From Eubacteriales bacterium (GTDB taxonomy: Bacteria > Bacillota > Clostridia > Oscillospirales > CAG-382), in assembly GCA_045542335.1 (NCBI GenBank), contig JAZQKV010000086.1, positions 1,478 to 65,477 of the forward strand: DNA of 64,000 bases, read 5' to 3'. Made by a program: the position numbers and the translations under genes. Positions 52,642 to 61,668 of the stretch are shown piece after piece; the stretch's first letter is position 1; each line of letters opens with the position of its first letter. The notes below the pieces were generated by a model. That model was not told the origin of the DNA, did no database searches, and saw nothing but the letters and a program-made list of their open reading frames with translations.

Positions 52642-52849
52642 GATGTATATTTTTTTGCAAATGAGCATTTGACCCCAAACAAATGGTTACACAGCAAAGA
52701 ATTTTCGGAAATTTGACGTTTTAAAAGTTATTATTTCGGTTTTCAGTAATTATTATAAGGTTAAAGGAAAAATAAAACTTTTTTCAAGATACTTGCTCTA
52801 TGTGTGTTCAAAACGGTGAAATACAAAACAATCTTTGACATCAACATAT

Positions 52850-52880
52850 AAGGGGTGCTTTTTGACAAAAGCACCCCTTT
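52850..52880 (-). terminator. Hairpin terminator downstream of the SLH/beta-helix gene
   Basis: AAGGGGTGCTTTT / AAAAGCACCCCTT forms a 13-bp stem. The trailing U-run on the minus transcript is poor. Confidence 0.55.
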
Positions 52881-52917
52881 AGCTAAACTACATTCAATTC
52901 ACTTTTCGCAATACATC

Positions 52918-55900
52918 TTAATATGTTCTTGCGTTTGCAACTGCTGTTGAAAAGTCATAATAAGGTATCTCTTCAACAAAGTAGAAGTCAGCACCTGTTT
53001 CTTCAAGCTCTACTGCAAGGTTATAGGAAGTAAGAAGATCATACTTGAACTGCTTTCCTGTGCCTATGCCCCACATTGCAAGACCATTGCCAAAGCCCTG
53101 GATGTATGTGTTGTTTTCGAGCTTGGGAAGCCATGCCTTGTACTGTGCGCAGATGTGGAACATATTCCACATAGAGCGGTCAAAAATGTTGTTCTTGATA
53201 ACGTAGTTTTCAAACTCGTTACGACTTGACCAGCCCTTGATATGAGCCTGATTATTGCCGTCGGGACGTGTAGAACCGAAGCCGTAGCCTGCAGTTCTGA
53301 GTATGTTGTCCTCGATAAGAACGTTCTTACCGTCTCTCTTGGGATTGCCTGCATCAGCTGCACCGAGGAAGTACTCGATGTTGTATACGCAGTCCTCAAT
53401 GAGGTTTCCACGATATGTGATGTTATACATGGAAATGTCCTCTGTGCCGTTGCCGAACTGGTGTGTAACACCTGCGTCGTAGTTCTGATAGATATAGTTG
53501 TTTTCAACGAGGTAGCCATCGCATCCGCCGTAGATTTCGACACCGTTACCGAAACGTGTTACTCTGCCGTCTGTTGCATTTCTGAAGTTATAGGACTGGA
53601 TAGAGCCGCCAATCCAACCGAGAACGCAGTTCTTTACTGTGAGGTTCTTTGTTGTGCCGGAACCGATACCGTGGTTACCGCCGTACATGATGCAAAGGTT
53701 GTCGATGGTGACATCGTGACCTGCTATGCCAATGATATTACCCTTGGTGTTAAATTCGATTGTCTTATAGAGTTCACCGGGGTTCCCCTTGTCGCATCTG
53801 AGATAGAGAGGACCGCTAGAACGTGTTGCGTCAGGAGCAGTTGTGCCCATAACGGACTTTGCTTCATGGAAATATTCAAAGTCACGGTCAAGGTGAACAA
53901 GAACATTAAATTCGTCATTTGTACCTCTTACATAGAACTTGCCGTCACGGTAGTTGGGCACTTCCTTGTATGCATAGTACTGATGATCAAATGTGATAGC
54001 TCCGATGTCAGTTGTGATTCTTTCGGGATTCTTCAAAGTCCAGATCTTCTTGCCTGTTGCAGCGTCTTCGTGGAAGAGCTCCCAGTTTTCAGCACCTGTG
54101 CCATTGAAGGGTGAGCCATAAATTGTGGGCTTTGCGCCTGTGCCGTATGCAGAATAGGTTACGCCTGCCTTTGCGGAAATCTGTCCTCTCCAGAGGCCGC
54201 CTCTTTCAAAGAGAACTCCGTCGCCCTTCTTGAGAGCGGTTTTTGCAAGCTTTCCGAGAGTTGCCCATGCGGTTTCGGGAGACTTACCGTCTGCATCGTC
54301 GTTACCATTGTTGGAGATATAATACTTTGTGCCTGTGATTGTGGAGTAGTCAGATTCAGAGTTAAGGATCTTTGCCTTTCTTTCGTCTGCGAGCTTATCA
54401 ACCTCTGCAAGCTTTGCGTTGCCTTCGGTGAAGTCGTTCATAACCATGTTCTTGCTGAGCATTTCAACAGGGTTGAGCATTGCATAAACCCATTTGCCGT
54501 CCATTGTTACATGAGGAACTGTGGCTTCGGCAATGTTTGCATATGCCCAATGTGTTTCGTCAACATCGAGGAAGACCATATTGAATTCGCCGGAGAGTGT
54601 GTCAACTGTCATGTTTCTGCCGCGTGCACGGTTTACAATTGTAACAACCTGAGCTCTGGTGATTGTTCTGTCAGGAAGGAATGTACCGTCCGCATAACCG
54701 TCGATAAGACCTGCGGAAGCTGCCGCCATGATTGCCGCATACTTGGGATGAGCCGCTGTCACGTCAGTAAATGTCTTTTTGTTTGCAGGATTTTCCTTTG
54801 CAAGACCCATGTTGTAAACGAGTTCTGCAAACTCTGCTCTTGTGATGTTCTGCTCGGGAGCAAATGTGCCGCTGTAAGACTTAAGAAGTCCCTTTGCTTC
54901 ACAGAAGGAGATGTACTTGGTGTACCACTTGGAAACTGCAACATCTGTGAAAGAGGTTGTGGTATTCTTTGCGATATTTTCTTCTGTATCAAGGAGTCTT
55001 GCAACAACGGTGCAGGCTTCAGCTCTTGTCATTGTCTTGTTGGGCTTGAAGGTTGCATCGGTGTAGCCGGTCATATAGCCGGTATGGACTTCAAGGTTAG
55101 GCTTTTCCTTGAAGAACATAAGCTGGTTGATATAGATGATGTCGCCCTCGGTAAGAGATGTAAGCTCTGTGTTCTGACCGAAAGGATAAATGTGCATCTG
55201 GCGCATAACATGGCTGTTTGCGGGATCAAGAACCGCGTTTACACCTGTCATGTCAAACAAAGCAAAGTTCCATCCGCCTGCGCTGATTTCCTCTGTGGAA
55301 TCGTTACCGAAGGCCTTGGTGATGACGTTGCCGTTCTTCATGATGTTTATACGCATCTTTGCATGAATGGGGTTTGTGGACTCATATCTGTAGGAAATAA
55401 CAAACCACTGATAATGACCGAGGTCAATGCCTGCGCCGGAGTAACTCCAGCCATCAAGAGCAAGTCTCTTTGTAAGCTCTGCATGAGGATTAGGAACAAT
55501 CTTTACAACAGGCTTGCCGTCGAATTCGGTTGCTTCATACTCAAGTGTGCTGTCCTTATGGTCAACGACGCCGTTCTGATAATCACGGAAGTCGATGGCA
55601 ATATAGTCGCTGAGCTCCTTTGTTTCGTCCCAGACAGCCTCAAAAGATACATCTGCATCAATTGCGGTGAATGTGTCTCCAACATTATAAAGCTTGTTGT
55701 CTATGCTGTATTTCCAACCCTTAAATTTACCGTAGCCGAGAGTGAAGGTACATTCGGGAAGTGTGAAGGTCTGACCCTCTTTTGTTGTGATGGATGCAGG
55801 AGCTGTACCTACAGCATCGGGGTTGCCCTTGCGGAATTCAACTGTCTGAACTGCGTTGGGGTCGGGGTTCTTTTCATAGAATGTGTACTTTGCGATATAC

Positions 55901-56493
55901 ATTACATCGTCAGATGTAAGAGTGGAAAGTGTTCCGGAGCCGTAAGGGCTGAAATGCACCTGGTTGATATAAGGCTTGTCGGAATCGGGATTAATAACAT
56001 ACTTTCCGCTGAAAGAGAAGATAGCCTCAGCCCACTGCTTTGTAACGATAGGAGTTTCTGACTTTACAGAAGCAGAAGCCTTGAGTGCCTTTGTGCTTCC
56101 GGTGAGCATATTGAACACCATCTGACCGTCAAAATTAGGTTCATCTGTGTCATAGTAGTATGTAACACCAACGTACTTATACTTGGGCACTTCAACCTTT
56201 GCTTCATATCCTGCAAGGGACCAGCAGTCCATTGTAAGGGTGTTGGCCTGAGCAGTTTCGGGAGTAGGCACAACTTTAACTGCGCTCTTTCCCTCAAAGG
56301 TCACCTTTTCCCAGTTTGCGTTTGTCTGTCTGTTTACGACACCGCCTGTAACCTGGGCATAGTCAAAAGAGATATAGCCGTCGCCAACCTCAGGGGCATA
56401 CTTTGCTGCTTCCTCTGCCTGTGTGTACATGGTCATAGCTGAAACAGCCATAAGCACAGCAAGCATCAGAGCGAGAAATCTTCTTGTTCTCAT
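52918..56493 (-). CDS. Secreted cell-wall-anchored protein with a duplicated N-terminal domain of unknown function, a Flg_new repeat, three central SLH repeats and a C-terminal right-handed parallel beta-helix (pectate-lyase-fold) domain
   Basis: I prefer the ATG at 56493 (MRTRRFLALMLAVLMAVSAMTMYTQA signal peptide, RBS AAGGAAG) over the ORF-track start at 56586. SLH segments are FKPNKTMTRAEACTVVARLL, FTDVAVSKWYTKYISFCEAKGLL..ITRAEFAELVYNM and FTDVTAAHPKYAAIMAAASAGLIDGY..ITRAQVVTIVNRA. The beta-helix entry is YYISNNGNDDADGKSPETAWATLGK. Confidence 0.78.
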   Translation of the reverse strand: MRTRRFLALMLAVLMAVSAMTMYTQAEEAAKYAPEVGDGYISFDYAQVTGGVVNRQTNANWEKVTFEGKSAVKVVPTPETAQANTLTMDCWSLAGYEAKVEVPKYKYVGVTYYYDTDEPNFDGQMVFNMLTGSTKALKASASVKSETPIVTKQWAEAIFSFSGKYVINPDSDKPYINQVHFSPYGSGTLSTLTSDDVMYIAKYTFYEKNPDPNAVQTVEFRKGNPDAVGTAPASITTKEGQTFTLPECTFTLGYGKFKGWKYSIDNKLYNVGDTFTAIDADVSFEAVWDETKELSDYIAIDFRDYQNGVVDHKDSTLEYEATEFDGKPVVKIVPNPHAELTKRLALDGWSYSGAGIDLGHYQWFVISYRYESTNPIHAKMRINIMKNGNVITKAFGNDSTEEISAGGWNFALFDMTGVNAVLDPANSHVMRQMHIYPFGQNTELTSLTEGDIIYINQLMFFKEKPNLEVHTGYMTGYTDATFKPNKTMTRAEACTVVARLLDTEENIAKNTTTSFTDVAVSKWYTKYISFCEAKGLLKSYSGTFAPEQNITRAEFAELVYNMGLAKENPANKKTFTDVTAAHPKYAAIMAAASAGLIDGYADGTFLPDRTITRAQVVTIVNRARGRNMTVDTLSGEFNMVFLDVDETHWAYANIAEATVPHVTMDGKWVYAMLNPVEMLSKNMVMNDFTEGNAKLAEVDKLADERKAKILNSESDYSTITGTKYYISNNGNDDADGKSPETAWATLGKLAKTALKKGDGVLFERGGLWRGQISAKAGVTYSAYGTGAKPTIYGSPFNGTGAENWELFHEDAATGKKIWTLKNPERITTDIGAITFDHQYYAYKEVPNYRDGKFYVRGTNDEFNVLVHLDRDFEYFHEAKSVMGTTAPDATRSSGPLYLRCDKGNPGELYKTIEFNTKGNIIGIAGHDVTIDNLCIMYGGNHGIGSGTTKNLTVKNCVLGWIGGSIQSYNFRNATDGRVTRFGNGVEIYGGCDGYLVENNYIYQNYDAGVTHQFGNGTEDISMYNITYRGNLIEDCVYNIEYFLGAADAGNPKRDGKNVLIEDNILRTAGYGFGSTRPDGNNQAHIKGWSSRNEFENYVIKNNIFDRSMWNMFHICAQYKAWLPKLENNTYIQGFGNGLAMWGIGTGKQFKYDLLTSYNLAVELEETGADFYFVEEIPYYDFSTAVANARTY

Positions 56494-56595
56494 GTGATTT
56501 CTTCCTTTCTTTAACGTGACGTTGCACGAAGTATGAATGATAAAGCACCTGACAGCATCATTGCACTGATGCTTATGATGTTCCATCTACCTTTT

Positions 56596-56624
56596 ATTCT
56601 ATCACAAATCAGCCAATGTGTCAA
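56596..56624 (-). promoter_or_regulatory. Sigma-A promoter of the SLH/beta-helix gene
   Basis: The minus strand reads TTGACA-17 nt-TGATAGAAT. Confidence 0.6.
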
Positions 56625-56675
56625 TAGTATTTTGCATTTTTCAACTCAATTTGTATAAAATTAACATTTTAATCG

Positions 56676-56715
56676 CAAAAAAACACACGGAAAGTCGTTT
56701 TGAAACTTTCCGTGT
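56676..56715 (-). terminator. Rho-independent terminator of prmC
   Basis: CACGGAAAGT / ACTTTCCGTG forms the stem. A run of A on the plus strand gives a U-run on the minus transcript. Confidence 0.8.
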
Positions 56716-56722
56716 ATTATCG

Positions 56723-57553
56723 TCATTTTACTCCAATGCAAGCTCTCGGAATTCCATTGACATCGGGCATTATTCCGGTTTCAAGACCTGCGTTTTTCAT
56801 AAGCTGTGCAACATTCTCCGTCGTATCAAATCCCGCTTCAAAGAGCATAACACCGCCTTTTTGAAGAGTTGGTGCAAAGCGTGAAATAATAGTTCTGTAA
56901 AAATCAAGTCCGTCCTTACCGCCGTCAAAAGCAATCTTAGGCTCAAACTGCATGGTCTTGTCAAAGGCTTCCACATCCTCGGTTTTAACATACGGAGGAT
57001 TTGATACAATCACATCTGCCATGCCCTGCACGGTGAAATCCGCCACATCGCCGCACACAAGAGTAAGCCTTTCCGAAACGCCGTGAAGCTCTGCATTACG
57101 CCTTGCATATTCAAGAGCCTCTGGGGAAATATCCACCGCCGTTACCGTCACATCGGGACGACTTTTCAGAATCGCCACGCTTATGCAACCGCTTCCGGTG
57201 CAAAGATCAAGCACATTTCCATTGTGAGGAATAAGCGAAACCGCACTTTGCACAAGCATCTCCGTTTCCCATCTCGGAATAAGGCAACCTTTTCCGCAAA
57301 GCATACGAAGTCCGCAAAACTCCCATTCGCCAAGAACATATTGAAGCGGCTCTCCGCTAAGACGGCGTTCAAGCTTTTGTTCAAGCTCGCAAGCCTTTTC
57401 TTCGGGAATGTCCTCTCCCCTTTTTGCAAGGTACTCCGCCTGCGTCATGCCACACACGCCGCACACAAGCTGAACAATCTCCGATTTTATATCGTCTATT
57501 CCGCTATTCTCAAGAAGTTTTTCCGCTTTAATTCTGAACTGATTATATGTCAT
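56723..57553 (-). CDS. prmC: Peptide chain release factor N5-glutamine methyltransferase (HemK/PrmC)
   Basis: The SAM motif is VLDLCTGSGCI, the catalytic motif is VSNPPY, and PLQYVLGEWEF is present. The start is uncertain (ATG 57553, 57565 or 57613), and all three overlap the 3' end of the upstream gene. Confidence 0.88.
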   Translation of the reverse strand: MTYNQFRIKAEKLLENSGIDDIKSEIVQLVCGVCGMTQAEYLAKRGEDIPEEKACELEQKLERRLSGEPLQYVLGEWEFCGLRMLCGKGCLIPRWETEMLVQSAVSLIPHNGNVLDLCTGSGCISVAILKSRPDVTVTAVDISPEALEYARRNAELHGVSERLTLVCGDVADFTVQGMADVIVSNPPYVKTEDVEAFDKTMQFEPKIAFDGGKDGLDFYRTIISRFAPTLQKGGVMLFEAGFDTTENVAQLMKNAGLETGIMPDVNGIPRACIGVK

Positions 57554-58652
57554 TTTCCTCGCCATTGTCCGCAGGAATTTCCTGTTCTGAAGCCTCTGAC
57601 TGTTCTTGCTCATCCTTTACAGGCTCAGCTTCTTGCTCCGTCTGTTGTTCTGACACCGGTTCAGAGGATTCCTGAGGTTGTTCCTCTTTTTCTTCGGGTG
57701 GATAAATGTCAGGAAGCGCAAGCTTCAAAGAGGATATAGCAACTTCAATCATGCCATCATCGGGCTCTTTTGTGGTGAGATTCTGCATCCACAGTCCCGG
57801 CGCAGAGAAAATTCTCACAAAGAGGTTATCGTGTTTGCCTGCGTACTTTATAAATTCGTAACCCACTCCGACAACTATGGGGAGTGTCAGTATCTTGAGA
57901 AGTGTGTAAAGCCAACCGGAAACGTTTGCATAGAAAGTGGAAACAAAAATTCCAAGAATCATCATCACAAACATAAAGCTTGTTCCGCATCTCGGGTGAA
58001 ATCTCGATTGCTTTCTCACATTTTCAACCGTCAACTCTGCTCCACTTTCATGGCAGAAAATGGACTTATGCTCTGCTCCGTGATACATAAAAGTTCTTTT
58101 AATATCGGGAAGCAAAGAAACCAATGCGATATAGCCAACAAAAATGCCGATACGCAGTATTCCCTGGAGTGCGCTTTTAAGAAAGGGGTTGGGATTCTCC
58201 GTAAAGGGATTTATGGCAACGTCTGAAAGAAGCTTCGGGAGATAGATAAAAAGTCCCACAGAAAGAAGCACTCCAAGCACCGCACCAATAACTGATGCCA
58301 CCGCGACAAGACTTTTTCCAAAGGTCTTTTCAAGCCAGATTTCAAATTTTGACGGCTGTTCTTCTTCCTCAATTCCAAGAAGCTCTGCCGAACGGTTAAG
58401 TGTCCCAAAGCTTTGAATCATTGACTCAACGAAGCCTCCGACGCCCCTTATGATTGGAAGTTTAAAAATTGGATACTTTTGCGCAAGAGGCTTTACTGTT
58501 TTCACCTCTGTTTTGAGATTACCGTCAACGTCCCTGACCGTAAGAGCAATTCTGTTTTTGGCTTTCATCATAACGCCCTCAAGCACAGCCTGACCGCCAA
58601 CTGTTCCAAGTCTTTCGCCAATTGCGCAAGAGGATTTTTTATTATTATTCAA
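57543..58652 (-). CDS. DUF1385 (YqhQ-like) membrane protein with an acidic C-terminal tail
   Basis: LGTVGGQAVLEGVMMK..YHGAEHK is typical of DUF1385, which is commonly found next to prmC in Firmicutes. The TTG start has GGTGA 7 nt upstream and an in-frame stop immediately before it. Confidence 0.78.
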   Translation of the reverse strand: MNNNKKSSCAIGERLGTVGGQAVLEGVMMKAKNRIALTVRDVDGNLKTEVKTVKPLAQKYPIFKLPIIRGVGGFVESMIQSFGTLNRSAELLGIEEEEQPSKFEIWLEKTFGKSLVAVASVIGAVLGVLLSVGLFIYLPKLLSDVAINPFTENPNPFLKSALQGILRIGIFVGYIALVSLLPDIKRTFMYHGAEHKSIFCHESGAELTVENVRKQSRFHPRCGTSFMFVMMILGIFVSTFYANVSGWLYTLLKILTLPIVVGVGYEFIKYAGKHDNLFVRIFSAPGLWMQNLTTKEPDDGMIEVAISSLKLALPDIYPPEEKEEQPQESSEPVSEQQTEQEAEPVKDEQEQSEASEQEIPADNGEENDI

Positions 58653-58821
58653 TTACAATTCACCGTCACTTTCAAAAGTATATTCCGAAGACAAACTCCG
58701 ATTCAGTTCATTATACCACATTTAGCGTTGCCTTTCAAACAACATTTATAAGATATTTTAATAAATTATGGTAAACAAAACTATTGCAAAACAATTCTAT
58801 GGAAATATGGGCAAAAAACTC

Positions 58822-58850
58822 TTGACAAAACTGCCAAAAAGTTGTATTAT
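58822..58850 (+). promoter_or_regulatory. Sigma-A promoter of the HIT gene
   Basis: TTGACA-17 nt-TATTAT. Confidence 0.55.
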
Positions 58851-58945
58851 ATTTGTTGTAAGAATATTTCAAAAAATGTGGTTTACGGTACAAAACACCG
58901 TTGCCTCAAAGCAATTGATACAATACGAAAGGACGGTTTGAAATT

Positions 58946-59284
58946 ATGGATTGCCTTTTTTGCAAAATTATTGCGGGAGAAATTCCCTCCAACAAGGTTT
59001 ATGAGGACGACAAAATTCTTGCTTTTCACGATATAAGCCCCATGGCAAAGGTTCACGTTCTTGTGATTCCCAAGGAACACATTTCCTCTGCCGCAGATGT
59101 AACTCCCGAAAACTCCGCATATGTTCAGCACATTTTTGAGAAAATCCCCGAAATTGCAAAGTCCCTTGGACTTTCCGACGGTTTCAGAGTCATAACAAAC
59201 TGTGGCGAGCATGGTTGTCAATCCGTAAAGCATCTTCATTTCCACATTCTTGGCGGCGAACAGCTCCCCGGTCAGTTGGTATGA
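58946..59284 (+). CDS. HIT-family (histidine triad) nucleotide-binding protein
   Basis: MDCLFCKIIAGEIPS..VHVLVIPK..HLHFHILGG (HxHxHxx triad). The protein is 112 aa. Confidence 0.9.
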   Translation: MDCLFCKIIAGEIPSNKVYEDDKILAFHDISPMAKVHVLVIPKEHISSAADVTPENSAYVQHIFEKIPEIAKSLGLSDGFRVITNCGEHGCQSVKHLHFHILGGEQLPGQLV

Positions 59285-59466
59285 GATGGCATAGCTCAGC
59301 CACATGGCACTTATACTTTTTCAAAAAGGTATATTCAACATTTTGTGTCAGATTAAAAGGCTAAGCTTTTTTGGACATTTATTTCAAACATATTTTTGTG
59401 AATTTTTGGCAATTTGCACCGTTGAATAAGCAAGTGCAATCTGCCTACAATATAAGGAGTATTAAC

Positions 59467-60009
59467 ATGAACGGATATTACAGAATTAAAGTTGCAGGTC
59501 TTGAAAGAGATTTGCCCATATGCCCCATAAACGAGCATCTTGACATTGCAGGCTTTGTCATTTTCGGTGACTACGAGCTCACCGAGGCTTGCGCTCGTGA
59601 GCTTATAAAAAAGCTTCCCGAGCATGACTACATCATAACCGCCGAGGCAAAAGGTATTCCTCTTGCCCATGAAATCGCCCGTCAACTTGGCGAAAAGAAG
59701 CATTTTGTTGCTCGCAAAGGCGCAAAGGCATACATGAAAGACCCGATAAGTGTACAGGTAAAATCAATCACCACCGCAAAGCTTCAGACACTTTATCTTG
59801 ACGGCAAAGATGCCGAAACAATGAAAGGTAAGAGAATTGTTATTGTTGACGATGTTATAAGCACAGGAGAATCTCTTACCGCCGTTGAAAAGCTTGTTGA
59901 GGCGGCAGGCGGAAACATTGTCGGACGTGCTGCAATTCTTGCAGAGGGTGATGCGGCAAAGAGGGATGACATTATTTTCCTTGAGGAATTACCCCTTTTC
60001 TTTAAATAA
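59467..60009 (+). CDS. Type I phosphoribosyltransferase (adenine/purine PRTase-like)
   Basis: The PRPP-binding loop is RIVIVDDVISTGESL. I prefer the ATG at 59467 with RBS AAGGAG over the ORF-track start at 59371. Confidence 0.72.
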   Translation: MNGYYRIKVAGLERDLPICPINEHLDIAGFVIFGDYELTEACARELIKKLPEHDYIITAEAKGIPLAHEIARQLGEKKHFVARKGAKAYMKDPISVQVKSITTAKLQTLYLDGKDAETMKGKRIVIVDDVISTGESLTAVEKLVEAAGGNIVGRAAILAEGDAAKRDDIIFLEELPLFFK

Positions 60010-60031
60010 TATTTATAAATATGTTTAACAA

Positions 60032-60068
60032 AAGCGTGATACTCATTTTGTGAGCGTCACGCTTTTTA
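60032..60068. terminator. Bidirectional rho-independent terminator
   Basis: AAGCGTGA / TCACGCTT forms the stem, followed by TTTAAT, between convergent genes. Confidence 0.65.
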
Positions 60069-60075
60069 ATATTGC

Positions 60076-60807
60076 TTATTGTTTCTTGCCGCAACTACTG
60101 CAGAACAAAGCTTCCTTGCTGATTTTTATACCGCAATACATGCAATACTTAGTTGCAATTTCACCATCAGGATTTACTTGATTTGCGCCCTGTTTCATTG
60201 TGTATACTGTGGAAACAGATTCTTCGACCTTGTTGTCACTTACTTGTTCGTTTTCATATTCCTGATGTTTTTCCTGATACTCCGCAAGCTTTTCATTCAC
60301 GATGCCAACAATTGCAGTTGCATTTTCTATAAAGAAACACTCGATTCTTTGAGACGTTGTCCTAAAGCATATTTTATTGGTTCTTGATTCTGCGTCCCAA
60401 CCAAGTGTCACATCAACCAAATCGTCATAATAAATCTGAAAAGGAACTGCATTTTCCTTGTTGCAATTACATTTTACACCTTCAATACCCTCATCGTGCA
60501 AGCAAATATAAATTCTGCACAAAACATTTTCCTGCACTGAAAGTGCGTATAGCAACACAATGTTTGAAACACTCATAATTCCTGCGATGCCAAAACACAA
60601 GAATTTCAGTATGCCAAATATTTCCCTTGCAGATTTTTCATATTCGTAAGAATCTTCTTCCATATTCATGAACACAAATCCAAGAATAACCAAAAATACT
60701 GCGATGCATATTTCAACCACATATCTTATTCTTTGTTTTGAAACGCTTTCAACGACACTGCTTTCAACATTAAATCGTTTTGATCTTCCGTAAAATCCAC
60801 CTGTCAT
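60076..60807 (-). CDS. Membrane protein of unknown function with a C-terminal zinc-ribbon
   Basis: It has two TM helices and a C-terminal CMYCGIKISKEALFCSSCGKK (CxxC..CxxC). The gene is AT-rich relative to its neighbours. Confidence 0.6.
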   Translation of the reverse strand: MTGGFYGRSKRFNVESSVVESVSKQRIRYVVEICIAVFLVILGFVFMNMEEDSYEYEKSAREIFGILKFLCFGIAGIMSVSNIVLLYALSVQENVLCRIYICLHDEGIEGVKCNCNKENAVPFQIYYDDLVDVTLGWDAESRTNKICFRTTSQRIECFFIENATAIVGIVNEKLAEYQEKHQEYENEQVSDNKVEESVSTVYTMKQGANQVNPDGEIATKYCMYCGIKISKEALFCSSCGKKQ

Positions 60808-60811
60808 AGTC

Positions 60812-61315
60812 TTATATACTCCTATAATTATTTTCTATTTGCCTTTTAAAATTTATCAAATCATTTTCATATGTATTTATAAGCTTATTGAAGGAAACTC
60901 CGATTCTCACCATTCCCAAAACAATACCGGCAAAAACTGCAAAAGCAATCAGCGAAACCACCATTGAATCCGCAGTATCCGAAGAAATCCCAACCTGCAT
61001 CAGATTCAAAGAGCTTGAAACACCAACCATCAGAGCAATAAATGCAATAATTGCACAAGTTATCAGGCGTACGTTTCTTTGTTCCTTTGTTGCTTCGATT
61101 TTTTCAAGCATAAGCTTCTGATTTTCCCTGTCGGATTTTTCTGCCCACTCCAATCCTCTTTGCGACAAAGGTTGCTTGACATGGCATTGCATTTGTTGCC
61201 CGACAACCTGTTGCTTGTTTTCAACGCTCTCGGAAAGAATCTGCACTTTTGTTCCGCACATAGAACAAAATACAGCACCATCAATAAGCTGACTTCCACA
61301 TTTTATGCAAAACAT
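60812..61315 (-). CDS. Membrane protein of unknown function with an N-terminal zinc-ribbon
   Basis: MFCIKCGSQLIDGAVFCSMCGTKV is followed by two TM helices. I prefer the ATG at 61315 with RBS AAGGAGA over the ORF-track start at 61396. Confidence 0.6.
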   Translation of the reverse strand: MFCIKCGSQLIDGAVFCSMCGTKVQILSESVENKQQVVGQQMQCHVKQPLSQRGLEWAEKSDRENQKLMLEKIEATKEQRNVRLITCAIIAFIALMVGVSSSLNLMQVGISSDTADSMVVSLIAFAVFAGIVLGMVRIGVSFNKLINTYENDLINFKRQIENNYRSI

Positions 61316-61611
61316 TTCTTTCTCCTTGCAATCTGTAGTTTGAATCTGATATTCCATTATTTCGACACATTGACATTCGCCAAATATCATCTTCAAAAAT
61401 ATTATAACACACCATTATCCGGTTGTCAAGAACTAAATTTCTAAACTGCCAAAGTATATGCAATACATGCAAGCATCAAACATAAAAGCACAATGCACGC
61501 AACTTTTTCGTTTTTTCTATTAACAAGTGTAAAAACAAACCATGATTTTTAATCCGTCGCCTGCACCTTATGAAATGGTAATGATGCATTGTAAACAGCT
61601 TCGTCTTAAAG

Positions 61612-61647
61612 TGAAATAAAAATCGGATGCAGTAACTACATCCGATT
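61612..61647 (-). terminator. Rho-independent terminator of the decarboxylase alpha-subunit gene
   Basis: AATCGGATG / CATCCGATT forms a 9-bp stem. The minus transcript continues TTTTTATTT. Confidence 0.8.
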
Positions 61648-61668
61648 TTTTGTATATATCAAGCTTTA

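Noticed and set aside
52650-52850. A feature-less stretch of about 200 bp within the 374-bp intergenic region between the YitT-family gene and the SLH/beta-helix gene, considered as a possible ncRNA or riboswitch.
   Set aside because: I found no conserved riboswitch core, no convincing promoter plus terminator pair delimiting a small RNA, and no stable extended structure by eye. It remains unassigned.
56494-56586. N-terminal extension MEHHKHQCNDAVRCFIIHTSCNVTLKKGRNH of the SLH/beta-helix protein.
   Set aside because: - The predicted promoter -10 (56596-56601) lies too close upstream.
- The ATG at 56493 has an RBS and starts a classic signal peptide.
59288-59310. tRNA-like string GGCATAGCTCAGCC downstream of the HIT gene.
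   Set aside because: Only the D-loop-like words are present. No acceptor stem, anticodon arm or T-arm can be folded from the flanking sequence.
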